This document shows, one piece after another, positions 22,288 to 33,644 of a stretch of 64,000 nt of DNA. This DNA comes from Andalucia godoyi And28. Its lineage: Eukaryota > Protista > Jakobida. The DNA lies in the NCBI GenBank assembly GCA_009859145.1, contig VRVR01000028.1:160438-224437 (forward strand). Direction: 5' to 3'. The position numbers and the translations under genes were made by a program. Below the pieces are notes generated by a model. It was not told the DNA's origin. It searched no databases and was given only the letters and a program-made list of their open reading frames with translations. Each line of letters opens with the position of its first letter. The first letter of the stretch is position 1.

Positions 22288-23169
22288 CTACTTGGGCTGG
22301 CCAAGATATTTGGACTGCATGGTAGCGCAATAGACAGCGTTCATGATCGTTCCTCGGAATGCGCCCTTTTCGAGTTCGTGAACCCCCGTTATCGTGGTTC
22401 CTCCTGGAGAGCAAACACTATCCTTCATGACTGCCGGATGCTGACCCGTTTCTTTGAGCATAGCGGCTGTTCCCAACACGGTTTGAACCGCCATCGCTAA
22501 AGCCACATCCCGAGGCAGTCCGGAGCGCACACCGCCATCTGCAAGCGCTTCGATAAACTCGCAGACATACGCAGGCCCCGAACCAGACAGCCCTGTTACA
22601 GCATCCATGTCCTTTTCCGCAACTCGAAACACTCGGCCAACAGCTCCCAGAAGCTGCTCGACAACGGCTGCATCGTCCGCCGAACAGTCTTTTCCCAGAG
22701 CATATCCGCTGCTGGATTGTCCAACAAGACAAGCAACATTTGGCATGACTCTCACACATCTTGCTTGTTTGGAAATGCTTTCTTCCATGGTGTTGATGGT
22801 GATTCCCGCAGCAATCGAAACAACAAGCTTCTTTTCACGGTTCTGAGAATTCTCACACTCGGGAACGGTCGACTGAATAGTCGTCAACACACTCGCCACA
22901 ACATCGGGCTTCACAGCAATAATAATTACATTCGAGAACAAAACAACGTCTGCTGCAGATCGAAAGGATTGAACACCACTGCATTCTTTGCACAACTGCG
23001 CAGACCGTTCTGTGCTCGGCTCATAAAAGCAAATATCTTCTGCTGCAGCGATTTTCTGTGCCACAAACCCACGCATCATCGCGCCTCCCATCGCACCTCC
23101 GCCCAAGAAGCCTACCTTCATTTCCTCCAACGCCACTCTCACAGCGGATGATAATTTTCCTGATATCAC
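22288..23169 (-). CDS. PYCR: Pyrroline-5-carboxylate reductase
   Basis: GFLGGGAMG, IAVKP, VSIAAG, RVMPN, GLSGSGPAY and VCSPGGTTI; alternative ATG at 23121. Confidence 0.97.
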   Translation of the reverse strand: MISGKLSSAVRVALEEMKVGFLGGGAMGGAMMRGFVAQKIAAAEDICFYEPSTERSAQLCKECSGVQSFRSAADVVLFSNVIIIAVKPDVVASVLTTIQSTVPECENSQNREKKLVVSIAAGITINTMEESISKQARCVRVMPNVACLVGQSSSGYALGKDCSADDAAVVEQLLGAVGRVFRVAEKDMDAVTGLSGSGPAYVCEFIEALADGGVRSGLPRDVALAMAVQTVLGTAAMLKETGQHPAVMKDSVCSPGGTTITGVHELEKGAFRGTIMNAVYCATMQSKYLGQPK

Positions 23170-23280
23170 GGAAAATCTTCAATCAATGCACGTGCAAGTG
23201 TACACATGCACACACACACATATATATATATATATGTATATATATGCAAGCAACAAAAAACGAAGGCTGCAATACGTACA

Positions 23281-23752
23281 GCCGCTGCCACTTAATGCGA
23301 TATGCCGAAGTAGTCTAAAGCACACGAAAACAAGCACACTGCCACGCGCCATGCGCATGCGTTTGTTATCTTAAGCAGCTCCGTCACACGATGCCCGATT
23401 CGTTTCGCCCCCATTTTGATCATGAAGTCCCTATAAACACACGCCGCCGCGTTGCATTCTCGCACAGCGACGCTCACGACTTATTTTTATTGTTATTCTT
23501 ATTGTCCGTGCAACGCACCATGCACGTCACGCCCGCAACGCTGCGCAGGACCTGTGACAATCTCCACCGCCGCCGGAACGATCGACCGCGATTGGAACGG
23601 CGCGCGCAACATCTATCTTAGGAACGTCTCTCATGCCGAGGGGCGTGTGGGGGCCTGCCCCCCTTCCCAGTCAATGCCATGCATGTTGCTGGGTTGCAAC
23701 ATCGATTATGGGTGATCAGCGCTGATCATCCGTGGTTAGTGCGCAATGTAGG
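23281..23752 (+). repeat. Dispersed element family B, copy B1
   Basis: Near-identical to the reverse complement of 59975-60439; its 3' ~170 nt is homologous to the family A 3' core. Confidence 0.92.
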
Positions 23753-23947
23753 AGCGCAAGCCCGCAGTCTCTTGTCTGCAGAACAAAGAGAAACGAGGGT
23801 AAAAAGCCACAACGAGGACGACAACAAAGAACGAATCATACAAACCAATCATTTTACGCACTGCTCCGCGGGCTATGTAATTAATAAGATGGGAGTTCAA
23901 AAGGTCTAAAGGGTGCTGACGGAGAGGGCATTCCGGATCACCACAGC

Positions 23948-25600
23948 TCACAGCCCGAAACGACAGCGTTCCACAAACACCTGTGCTTGTTTTTCTCGCT
24001 GCTTTTCAAACTTGCGGAACAGTGTGAGATCGACAGAAAGCGATGGATCCGAAGTCAAGCTGAGTGCATGATCCAAAGTCGTATCGCGTTGGAACTTCCT
24101 TCCATAATGGAAGGTCTCGAAGAAGTCCATGCTCTTGCGAAGCGAATTGCTTGTTTTGGATCCCGATCTTCCTCTGTGCTGCTGCGGGTGCGCGGAAGCA
24201 GGTAATGAAGCTGTCAAAGATGCACTCCGCGTGTGACCGCTGGACTGCCCTGCGACTGCTTTTTGAATGCAAATCTGGACGTCAACGCCGCGTCGTTTGG
24301 TCGGTCCAGTTCCCAGCGCCCTCTCGAAGTCGATGTATGACTCAATCTGCAGCGCCCTTTGAGAATTATCGGACGCTTGTTTTTGGTCCCGCATTGTAAG
24401 ACACTCCTGCGCCTTTGTGTACATCTTATCCACGAGTACCGCTCGAAACCGAGGCCAGCAAAGCAGTCCCACCACAAACTCATCCTTGGTTACAGAATCG
24501 CTAGACTCAATCACGGACAACTCTGCATACGAAACAAGTTCCAAAAACCCACGGAGCCCATTCCAGTAATTGGCAACATCTTCTGCATAACACGGAACGG
24601 TAAGCTGCAAATCCTCCAACAAGTTCAGAAGATCACTTCGCGCGATCCTGGAGACCGGGTACTTCTTCAACCCACTATCAATCGCTGTCCATACACCGCA
24701 AAGGTAGTCCTTCTTCACCAGTTCCAAGTGCTGAGACAATGTCCAAGGAAGATCAGACATCCGCTTCGGAACCCTTCCTGCTGATGGCGGGGTTCCTCTG
24801 AAAACCTCTGCATGCTTCTTCTTTTCTGCTTCGATGCTCCGCATTTCGCGCAGTCTCTCATCTTCTGCTTGCTGCTTTCGCAGCTTCAATACATAATCGT
24901 CCAATTCTGTAACCGTCTGTGTCTTTTCAGGAGCTTCCGACACCGGCTCAAAGCGTTCTTTGTGCGCTCCAAAGGCTGTTTTAGGAATTTTGCGAATTCC
25001 ATACTTGATTTGCGCCTTGTGCCGCTCCTCTGCAGTTACCAATCTCTTATCAAGCATGTGGAGATTTGGAAAGCTGTAAATGACAAGTATCCTGTAGTTG
25101 TTCTCGTTCGCCATGTCATTCCCTGAAAAATCAGCATCGTAAAGAACATTCCTCAAGTGCTTAATATACGACAATTGCCTTTCCATGTCTTTTAGCTTGT
25201 TGTTCGACACGTCCAACAGCTCAATGTGATTCAAGAACTGCAGGGAACCGGCAAGAGTGGTGAGCTGATTGTTCCCAGCGTAAAGATGCTTGATGCGAAA
25301 TGCACCTGCCTCCATCGGATTTGGCTTGGAAGTGACACTCATAGACTTCCACGCATTGACATCGGGCACCAATCCATCGATCTTTGCGAGCAGATTGTTA
25401 TTCACCCACAATGTTTCGAGATTGGTCAGCGCGCTCATGTTTGGATGCAGATATTTCAACTGTCGTTTTGATATATGAAGCTCCGTCACACGCACAGGAA
25501 GATCATGGATCGCATCATAAGGATCTACCGTGTCGTGGATAACCTGGTCTTCTTCCGACGCGTACATGGCTTTCGAACGTCGACTGCCCGTAGCGCACAT
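23948..25600 (-). CDS. Leucine-rich-repeat protein with LRR-cap (LRRC72-like) and uncharacterised C-terminus
   Basis: LETLWVNNNLL, HLYAGNNQLTTL, LDVSNNKL and cap YRILVIYSFPNLHMLDKRLVTAEER. Confidence 0.85.
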   Translation of the reverse strand: MCATGSRRSKAMYASEEDQVIHDTVDPYDAIHDLPVRVTELHISKRQLKYLHPNMSALTNLETLWVNNNLLAKIDGLVPDVNAWKSMSVTSKPNPMEAGAFRIKHLYAGNNQLTTLAGSLQFLNHIELLDVSNNKLKDMERQLSYIKHLRNVLYDADFSGNDMANENNYRILVIYSFPNLHMLDKRLVTAEERHKAQIKYGIRKIPKTAFGAHKERFEPVSEAPEKTQTVTELDDYVLKLRKQQAEDERLREMRSIEAEKKKHAEVFRGTPPSAGRVPKRMSDLPWTLSQHLELVKKDYLCGVWTAIDSGLKKYPVSRIARSDLLNLLEDLQLTVPCYAEDVANYWNGLRGFLELVSYAELSVIESSDSVTKDEFVVGLLCWPRFRAVLVDKMYTKAQECLTMRDQKQASDNSQRALQIESYIDFERALGTGPTKRRGVDVQICIQKAVAGQSSGHTRSASLTASLPASAHPQQHRGRSGSKTSNSLRKSMDFFETFHYGRKFQRDTTLDHALSLTSDPSLSVDLTLFRKFEKQREKQAQVFVERCRFGL

Positions 25601-25799
25601 ATCCCTCTACTGCAATGAATAGGAAAACGAAACGGAAAGAAGACAATGAAAAAATAAATTAATTAATTAAATAAAAAAAAACTCTGCTCAAAGAAATTTT
25701 TACTCTGGAGTATTGTGTGACGAAACGAAGCAACGGCAAACAATGTACGACCGCTACTGGAAAGATCCTGTCTGTTTTGGCTTTGTTTGCTTGTGCGGT

Positions 25800-26214
25800 G
25801 TTGAATAATAACACGTCATTGTCATGCATACGGGAACTATCCATAAACAGACACGGTCAATACTGGCCGACACTAGCACGTTTGTTTCACAGGGGAATTC
25901 GTGCTTGCGCACGCACAGGCTCCGCATTTTCGACTCTCTTTAACGCAGCATCCGTAGCCATCTATTCTATCATTCGTTCTTTTTGCAACGTTTATGCCAT
26001 AAGGCGACCGAATATCGCGAGCGGCGCAAGCAAAGTGTCTGCATGTCCCGCGTGCAGCTCACAGATTGATCGAGATTGGGAACGGAGCGCGGAACATCTA
26101 TCTGAAGAGTGCCGTGAGGTGTGTTGGGAGCCTATCCCCTTCGCGGCAACGGGATGCAACACTGAATATGCATATCTACGAATAGACATGCATGTTCAGT
26201 GTATAATGTAGGCG
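25800..26214 (+). repeat. Dispersed element family A, copy A2 (no insertions, closest to consensus)
   Basis: Aligns end to end with A1 and A3. Confidence 0.92.
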
Positions 26215-26349
26215 CAATGCATACATTCCGTCAAAAAAAGACGAGAAGAAAAATGCCTGCGGAACATCTGAATCTCAAAAAATGGGTTAAATTGGGAACT
26301 GCAATTTCATTACTGGGGGAGGTACTGGGGGAGGATGGCTGGGAATCAG

Positions 26350-27990
26350 TTATGAGCGCTGTTCTTGATACTGAAAGGGAGGATTCTGAGAGGAAGCCGC
26401 CATGGTTTGCAGCAGCAGCTGTTGTTTGAGCATGGAAATGATTTCGGAATGAATTTGTGGCAGATGGTCTGTCTTTGAGGGCAGATGCAGAGGGATGATT
26501 TGGCCGACAAAGTAGACTGGTTGTCGATGTGCATCGCGGATGGCACGGACTGCAAAGATGCACGGTATCTCCGTACCATCACGCCTGACAAATAGCCCAG
26601 GATTTTCAATGTGTACGTCGTCTCCCGAAAATGCAAAAGCCAAGCAAGAAGTTCTTCTCAGCAGTGCTTCACGCTGTGGAAAGAGCTGTGGCCAGAAAAT
26701 GCGGCCGGAAAGCAATTCTTCCTGGGAGTATTGCAGACACTCGCAAAGAGCAGAGTTGACGTGCAGGAACCCCCATAAACACCAAATCGCCTGACCCACG
26801 GGTGCTGATTGGTACAGATCCACAAACGACGGTGTATGCGAGTCTGCATTGGCGGATGCAAGCAACCCCAGGCTGCTCATACTTGCCATTGGATCGGCCG
26901 GCAAGAAATTTGAGTGTCCCGAAATGCAGGGAAATGAAGAAGCGAGCGTCGCATTCGTGGCTGCCGGCATCGACACTGGAGCTGTCATTGTCATTGCCGC
27001 TGTCGTTGGAGTTGAAGAGACGTATGGTTGGCTGCTTGGCGCTGCCGTATTCAAGACGGACGAAGTGATACCTTGCATCGCTCCCTGTGTCGCATACGAT
27101 GTTGCAGTGCTGACATCCCCACCATACACAATTCCTGAAGTGTCCAACGTGGAGGGGGTAGGGAACATGTTTGAAAAAGGCACGACGGGTGCTTCCATTT
27201 CCATGGTGTGTGCAAGATACGATGCCTCGTGTCGAAGGTTTCCAACACGCATCTCCAGTCCAGACGGCGTGTATATATCATCGAGAGAGTCTGGAAGTTG
27301 CAGTGCAAGCCCTGTCGACGAAATACTGTGTTCCCAGTTCACGGCTCCCCCGCTCTGCTGCGATTCATTCATACTCATTCCGCCGCCGCCGCCAATGGAG
27401 CTTGACGTGCGACCAGCCGGAGGTTCCTGGCGAGGCATAGGACGTGGGCGAGTAGATTGTGGAGGCATCGCACACGAATCTGCAGCAAGCTGCATTGCTC
27501 GTGCCGAATGCGGAGCCCATGCCGAGGCAGCAGCAGGATCTGCCGCAAACGGATCGGAATGATGTCCAACCTGCAAAAACTGAGAATACCAGTCTCTTTT
27601 CCTATTCAATGCAGACGAAACATCCGTCGTGTTACATTCAGAAGCAGAAGCAGAAGCAGAAGCAGCAGCAGAAAACGAAGAGTCTGGAACGGCCCCATTG
27701 GACAGCAGAAAACCCTCGCTTTCGATAACTTTTCGAGGTCTTCCGCGTTTCTTCGGCTCGCCGTACACACATTGACTTGCGATTCCCATCCGAATGCATC
27801 GCGGACAAGGCAAGCTGTCGCAAACGCACTTTTTGTGAGACTGTCGACACGGCGCACAAGCCCGTCGAGACAGATCTTTCGAATCCGATTTGCCAACATC
27901 TTCTCCTTCCCCATCTTCTCCATCGAGCTTTGAGTCGTCCTCACTTCGATCATCGTCCGAGAACTCCTCTGCGGGCAGAGGACTGATCAT
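26350..27990 (-). CDS. Zn(II)2Cys6 transcription factor with C-terminal PAS domain (ERT1/RDS2-like)
   Basis: C-x2-C-x6-C-x6-C-x2-C-x8-C (CAPCRQSHKKCVCDSLPCPRCIRMGIASQC), then KKRGRP; PAS-like VNSALCECLQYSQEELL...FVRRDGTEIPC...YFVGQIIPL. Confidence 0.88.
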   Translation of the reverse strand: MISPLPAEEFSDDDRSEDDSKLDGEDGEGEDVGKSDSKDLSRRACAPCRQSHKKCVCDSLPCPRCIRMGIASQCVYGEPKKRGRPRKVIESEGFLLSNGAVPDSSFSAAASASASASECNTTDVSSALNRKRDWYSQFLQVGHHSDPFAADPAAASAWAPHSARAMQLAADSCAMPPQSTRPRPMPRQEPPAGRTSSSIGGGGGMSMNESQQSGGAVNWEHSISSTGLALQLPDSLDDIYTPSGLEMRVGNLRHEASYLAHTMEMEAPVVPFSNMFPTPSTLDTSGIVYGGDVSTATSYATQGAMQGITSSVLNTAAPSSQPYVSSTPTTAAMTMTAPVSMPAATNATLASSFPCISGHSNFLPADPMASMSSLGLLASANADSHTPSFVDLYQSAPVGQAIWCLWGFLHVNSALCECLQYSQEELLSGRIFWPQLFPQREALLRRTSCLAFAFSGDDVHIENPGLFVRRDGTEIPCIFAVRAIRDAHRQPVYFVGQIIPLHLPSKTDHLPQIHSEIISMLKQQLLLQTMAASSQNPPFQYQEQRS

Positions 27991-28737
27991 CGTTATCAGG
28001 TTGCGAACACCCTGCACGGAATAACAAGAAGCAAGGAAAACCAATCCAAGAATGCGTCCCGACTCTTGTCCGAATTCTCTTTTACGATAATCAAACCCGT
28101 TTTCAACTCTGGTGTTGTATCATTTTTTTTTTTACGAATGTTTTTTCACAAAATAAATAATAATAATTAATATCTAGTAATTAATTAACTTTTTTTCCCG
28201 TGCTTCATTGAGAGGAGCACCAAGCGTCTTTGTCCCAGCCGACGCAGGTCACACAGTATGCGTGACGTCAGCACAATGTTTCAACCAGTTGTTTGGCACT
28301 GGAGCGAGAAACTTGAACGGATCGCGCAGTATCAGAGCTCAAGAGCATCGCCGGCGTCCTGAGTCTTTGATTCAAAGTACCTATACTTTCAGAGCTTGTG
28401 GCATGGGTCGTTCACAACAACAACAACAACAATAACAATAACCACTGCTACAAAATACTAACAACCAAAGGTGTATTGCCGTTGTTCATGTGGTGGATGT
28501 TGTATATTCTATCGTCCAATGTTTTTCAGCTTTCTCGGAATGCACCGTTTATTTTGGAAATTTATTTTTTACATTTCAAGAACGGGAGGGGAAAGGAGGA
28601 CGGCGTTCTTGGTTGCAGTGAAGCAAGTCGATTTACATCATATTTACATTCTTTTCTCATTCTTTTCTCAATATCATCATTTCTTAAATTATTATTTTTT
28701 TTTCTTTTGCAGTTCGATTGCCTGAAAAGTGGGACAG

Positions 28738-29331
28738 TCAGTCTTGCTCAATTTCAAGCTGCTCACCCAAAGGAGGTTGAAAAAACGAAAGCGACGCTCG
28801 CTGCTTCGGCAGTAATTCTGCAAATACACTGCGGACCAGCTTCCGCATCAAGCTGGGTACTTGACGTGCGCCAGAGCAAGATGCTGCTTCCATCTTGCTT
28901 CTCACGCTGGAATCTGCAGCGTCATCACCGCCGCTTTGTCTCTCATGGCAACTCTTTCGCATTCGAATGTCTGGTGGTACGACATCCTGGGCAAGCAGAG
29001 AGGAGATTCGACAAGCGGGTGGCTCAGACGGCCATGAAACCAAAATCCCAATGTATATTGCGGTGCGACAATCTGATGGTTCCAGCGCATTCTGTTTGTC
29101 ACCCTGGTCGGTGCGATCAGACGGTGGCGCCGCAATGGTTCATGATACGTAAACGGCAATGTGCGCGACCGAGTAAGCTTTCTGCTGTGCTGTTTTCGTC
29201 CTTCTCCGCAAAACCAAAGTACTACAGTCCAGCTCGGATGCGGTGGGACTGTGACGTGGGGCGGGGGCACGGCGTTGGAGGTGCCTGCCCAAAGAACCGA
29301 ATCCGATGGGGTCCAGAACGTCGTCCATCAC
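28738..29331 (-). CDS. Putative orphan gene of about 198 codons interrupted by one in-frame TGA (29140-29142); possible 45-nt intron
   Basis: ORFs 29140..29331 and 28738..29043 are in the same frame, separated only by this TGA; no recognisable homology. Confidence 0.3.
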
Positions 29332-29904
29332 TGACGTCTGAGCACGATCGTTAAATAAATGCCCCCTGGCACCACCAGATGCTCACAATCGAAGTGGCCC
29401 CTGCTTGTGAACACATCGCACGAAGGAGCAGAGCGTCGGTTCGGGTGCCATGGCACTCGAACAACTTAATCGTTACTTTTCCGGTGACGATTGTTTATCT
29501 GAGCAAATCTGGCGAAGCCTTCCTCCTTGTGCGGTCCGGCCTGTGCGCACCGTTCTAACTTCTTCTCAGACGTTTTCTCCCAATCGGGGGGTTCCCTAGT
29601 CACGGATGATTCTGGCCGGGCCGTGCGGAACCGGCGACTTGCGAGCTGTAGGGAATTTCGCCTTCACAATTTCCCTTTTCTCATGGCTGCTTCTTCGGGG
29701 GACCGCATCTTGTTGAAACAGCATCTTCCGTGCTCCATTTGGCCTCCCCCTCCGTTCTTACACCTCTCCCTCCCCCCAAAGTGCCCACCCCTGCCGGAGC
29801 CGTCGCTGTTTTTTCTCCAGGTTTCTGTTTTTTAATGTCAGAGATGCTGGTTAAACTTTTTTTGTTTTGTGTTGCTGTTGCTGCCGTTGCTGTATCGTCT
29901 GGAA

Positions 29905-30630
29905 ATGTTTCATCGATCTGACATGTCCACAATGTCTTCTTGCGCACCATCGTTTCCCACATTCTCAAACGCCCTTTCCCGATCGTGGCTGGTCCCCCCT
30001 GAGTCGATGCTGTTCCGATCCATGCCGAACTGCATGCTGCTACCATTCTCCGGCGCTGACAGTCACAAACAACACTGGACAGCAGAAGAAGAGCATGCGT
30101 TCGTCCGAGGCCTGAGCATCTATGGGAAGGGCTCGTGGGCCAAAATCGCCGGCATCATCAAGACTCGCACCGCTGTACAAGTCAAGAACCACGCAAAAAC
30201 TTACTTTTCTCGACTCAGTAGCCCGCGGCGGACTTCCGCAAAGGGGCTCCGTCATCTGGTGAACCGAGTCGCCTCTCCTGACAGATCCAAGAGCTCCAGC
30301 TCTGGCAACTCGCCTATGCCATCAAAAGTAACGTTCGAGTCTCATCTCGATCTCGATCTCGATCTCGATGTCGAGCTCGATCATGAAATCTCGGCAGACC
30401 ATGATACGGCGTCACCTACACAAACGGATATTCTGGTCGCAGAGTCATCCAAGTGCTCCGTGCCACAAGGCTGCTTCACGAACAGCAGCGATCGCGCTGC
30501 GACCGCGGAGTCCAATGCTGCGGCCGTGCTACCACAATTCTTTTTCGAGACTGCTCAGCCATTTCTCAAGTTGGATATCAACTCTGTCTTGTCTTTCTTG
30601 TCTTCGAATTCAACTTGTACATCGTGTTGA
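29905..30630 (+). CDS. Single-repeat Myb/SANT (SHAQKY-like) transcription factor
   Basis: WTAEEEHAFVRGLSIYGKGSWAKIAGIIKTRTAVQVKNHAKTYF; start codon uncertain (29905 or 29923). Confidence 0.9.
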   Translation: MFHRSDMSTMSSCAPSFPTFSNALSRSWLVPPESMLFRSMPNCMLLPFSGADSHKQHWTAEEEHAFVRGLSIYGKGSWAKIAGIIKTRTAVQVKNHAKTYFSRLSSPRRTSAKGLRHLVNRVASPDRSKSSSSGNSPMPSKVTFESHLDLDLDLDVELDHEISADHDTASPTQTDILVAESSKCSVPQGCFTNSSDRAATAESNAAAVLPQFFFETAQPFLKLDINSVLSFLSSNSTCTSC

Positions 30631-30860
30631 TCTGTGTTGTTGATCTGTGTTGTCTGCATAGTCTGTCCATACTTTGTACCTATCTAGTATCCTTACAATC
30701 TGTATTGGTTTAGTCTCCAGGGCTATATATTTTTCCTGTGGGTCGTACCAATGTTTCACCGTCCCGCTCACCCTCCCCCACGCCTGATCGATAAAAGAAC
30801 GCGACCATTTGTCGAAATGTTCCTATCGCATGATTACTTGGGCTTTATATACAGTACATC

Positions 30861-33608
30861 TTAGACTGATTCTTTCCAGTCGGGCAGATGGTGGACCTTG
30901 ATGTCCATACTTGTAGACGAGATGTGCATGCTCGAGATCAAACCGTCCAAGTCACTGTCTTGCTTCGTCTGTGGCACATTCATTGCCAGCCGAGGCACAG
31001 CTTTCTCAACCGGTCGTCGGTACCCGCCGCCAGACGGAGGCCTCCTTGCGCTTGCCGGTCGACTGTGAAGCGGTCCACGGTTCGAATCCGGGCGTTCATA
31101 AAAGTAGGTGGACCCCACGGAAAGCACACCCCCCAAAGGAGTTCCTTTTCTCGGAACCGCTTCCCACGCATCCAGTGCCCTCTCCTGAGACTCATCCTCT
31201 TTTGAAGGAGCGGCGAACAGTTTCTTATTCACTTCATAGGCCGTCGGTCGGTGCGCTTTCCCGTCAATTTCCAACATGATTTCTACGTTTGACGCCGGCC
31301 GTTTGTACCCAAAGTCTCTTGGCTGCATCTTGGAAGCCACGCCCCCCATACTGCGAGATTGGGACTTTGTAGGAGGAGACTGTCGCAGTGCCGGGTTCTC
31401 CCAGGCCGATCGCCTCGACACTTTCACCTCCCGATCTTCCTCAGAGAGCAATCGGATATTGGAAACGAAGTGCTTGGCATTCGGTTTTGATCGTCGCTGC
31501 TGCGCATCTGCAGCAGACCACGGTTCCAAGTCATGATCGTAAAGACCGTGGGAACTTCCAGAAGACCGAGACGACTCCATGTGAGTGTTCTTCAGGCGGT
31601 GACTCGTCGCCGCAGCGCAGGAGTTTCCACCGATGTCCAGGTCCTTTTCAACGTCTTCTGCATCGTTGCCCCAGACCGAAAAGCCCCTCGGACGCACACC
31701 GCCCTCACCAGATGACAATGATGAGGCATCTGAACGATCCTCATCGCCCTGACGGCTACTCGACCCGCCTTCTACGTCCTCAAAGTCATCGCCCCAAATG
31801 GAAGGACGCTCAAATTTCTTACCACGATCTTCAGATGCATGCGACCGAACGGACGGCATCCGATCACCATGATCACCATCGTCTCCGTCAAGAACAAACT
31901 CTGTGGCCCCAGTAACATGCTGCTGTTCAAGACCACCTTCAACATCTAACACATCATCCCCCCAAATACTGGACCCTCTTGCCTCCCCACACCCAAACAA
32001 GGCACTCCCCTTGTGACGCATTGTCTTTGCAAAGTCGGACTGAGGTTCGGTAAGTCGAGGAGGCGACGCAAGGAGCGGCGAAGTCTTGGGCTTCGAATCC
32101 GTCAATTTCCAGGAGGGCACCGGCTCAGGTCCCTGGCTTCCAACATCACGCCTTTCAATTTTCTTCAGCAGTGGGGTTTCTTGGCCTGAAAGAGACCGCT
32201 TCTGAGCGGCTGACCGTGGACGGGCCGATTTGGTGCTTTTCGGTTTGTACAGGTCTGCAGTGTATCCTGCAGACGACTCGGCGCGTTCTCGGTGCTTGCG
32301 TTCCGTGGAGGAGCCAGGTTTTGAGTACGGGTTATTCAGTGAAAACGCAGTAGAACTTCTCGCAAGAGCCGACGAAACAATCTTGCGGACCATATGCACC
32401 GATTCCATGGACGGCAGTTCCGGTTCGTGAACGACTGGTCGCACAGTGCGGTTCACAGAAGCCGGGCGGGAAGAATGTGGCATCGCGCGAAAGCCGTGAC
32501 CGACCGATTGAGCATCTGTTCGTTCATGCAAATGTTGCACTGCAGACGCAAACCTTGACGTTGACGTCGCGATCGAGGAGGCGGAGGCGGAGGCTGAATG
32601 TGGTTGGATGTGCTGCGCAGTTGACAAGTTCTTCATCAGTATCTTGAAGCGCGACGATGGGCTGACCATCCGACGTTTCTCCACTTCATCCTGCGAAGCC
32701 GCCGATCGCGGTTGCCCCAAATCATCTGGATGGATATCCGATTCGAAAATCTCCGTCGGATACTCTCCCTTTTCCTTTGCCAGCACACGAGCACTATGAA
32801 TGTCGAACTGTTCCGAGTTGCTCGACCTATCGGTACCTGCGATAATCACAGCATCATTGAGGTCATCATGAGCCGCTGCCCGAGAGTCACTGTCTTCCTC
32901 GGGAGACTGCGGGGGCATATGAAGCTGCGATAGTGCAATGGACGGCACAAAATGGGTTCGGGAAGGAGAAACCGCAGACTTGCGAAACCTGTCCTTTTCC
33001 ACTACTGTGTCCATTCCTTCCACGGTATGCAAAGAACAATTCACTGGGGAGTGCCGATCAACAACAGCATCCGCCTCCACATCGTCGTGATCATCCAAAA
33101 TTCCAGAATAGTCGATATTTTCGTCTGCATTCGTTCCAGGGCGATCCAACATGTCTGAACTCTCATCGTCGTCGTCGTCGTCCTCCTTCTCATCATCATC
33201 ATCATTGTTGTTGTTGCTGTTATCGTTAGTACGGTCATGGTCATGGTCATGGCCAGATCCAGTGTTCCAGAAGACTCCGCTGGAGGAGTGAAACGCAGAA
33301 CCGGCACCGTCAGCAAGCGCAGAGACTGGAATTCCAACAAGCATCAAAGATTCGAACGGGTCTTGGACCTGGGTCTTGGCCAGTTTGGTTGCCCCGGTTC
33401 TCTTATCCAAAGGCAGCGAATCGTGGTTGTCCACATGCGATCTTCCAAATGCAGAAGAAGGTCGCTCCTTCTTATTCTTTCCGCTCGACGACGAGAGTTG
33501 CAACGATGTTGATCTTCCATCTGAAGCAGACGGTCGATATGTTCGTCTTCCGCCACCGCCACTGCTGCTACTGGAATGGAAGCCATTATTCTGAATGTGA
33601 TGACCCCT

Positions 33609-33644
<36 letters not shown>

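Noticed and set aside
28375-28395. U3 snoRNA-like AAGTACCTATACTTTCAG
   Set aside because: No box A GGATCA and no B, C or D boxes; it runs into a (CAA)n repeat.
28398-29354. 318-aa plus-strand ORF
   Set aside because: Starts in a (CAA)n run and crosses AT-rich UTR-like DNA, with no protein-like motifs; likely a shadow of the minus-strand frame.
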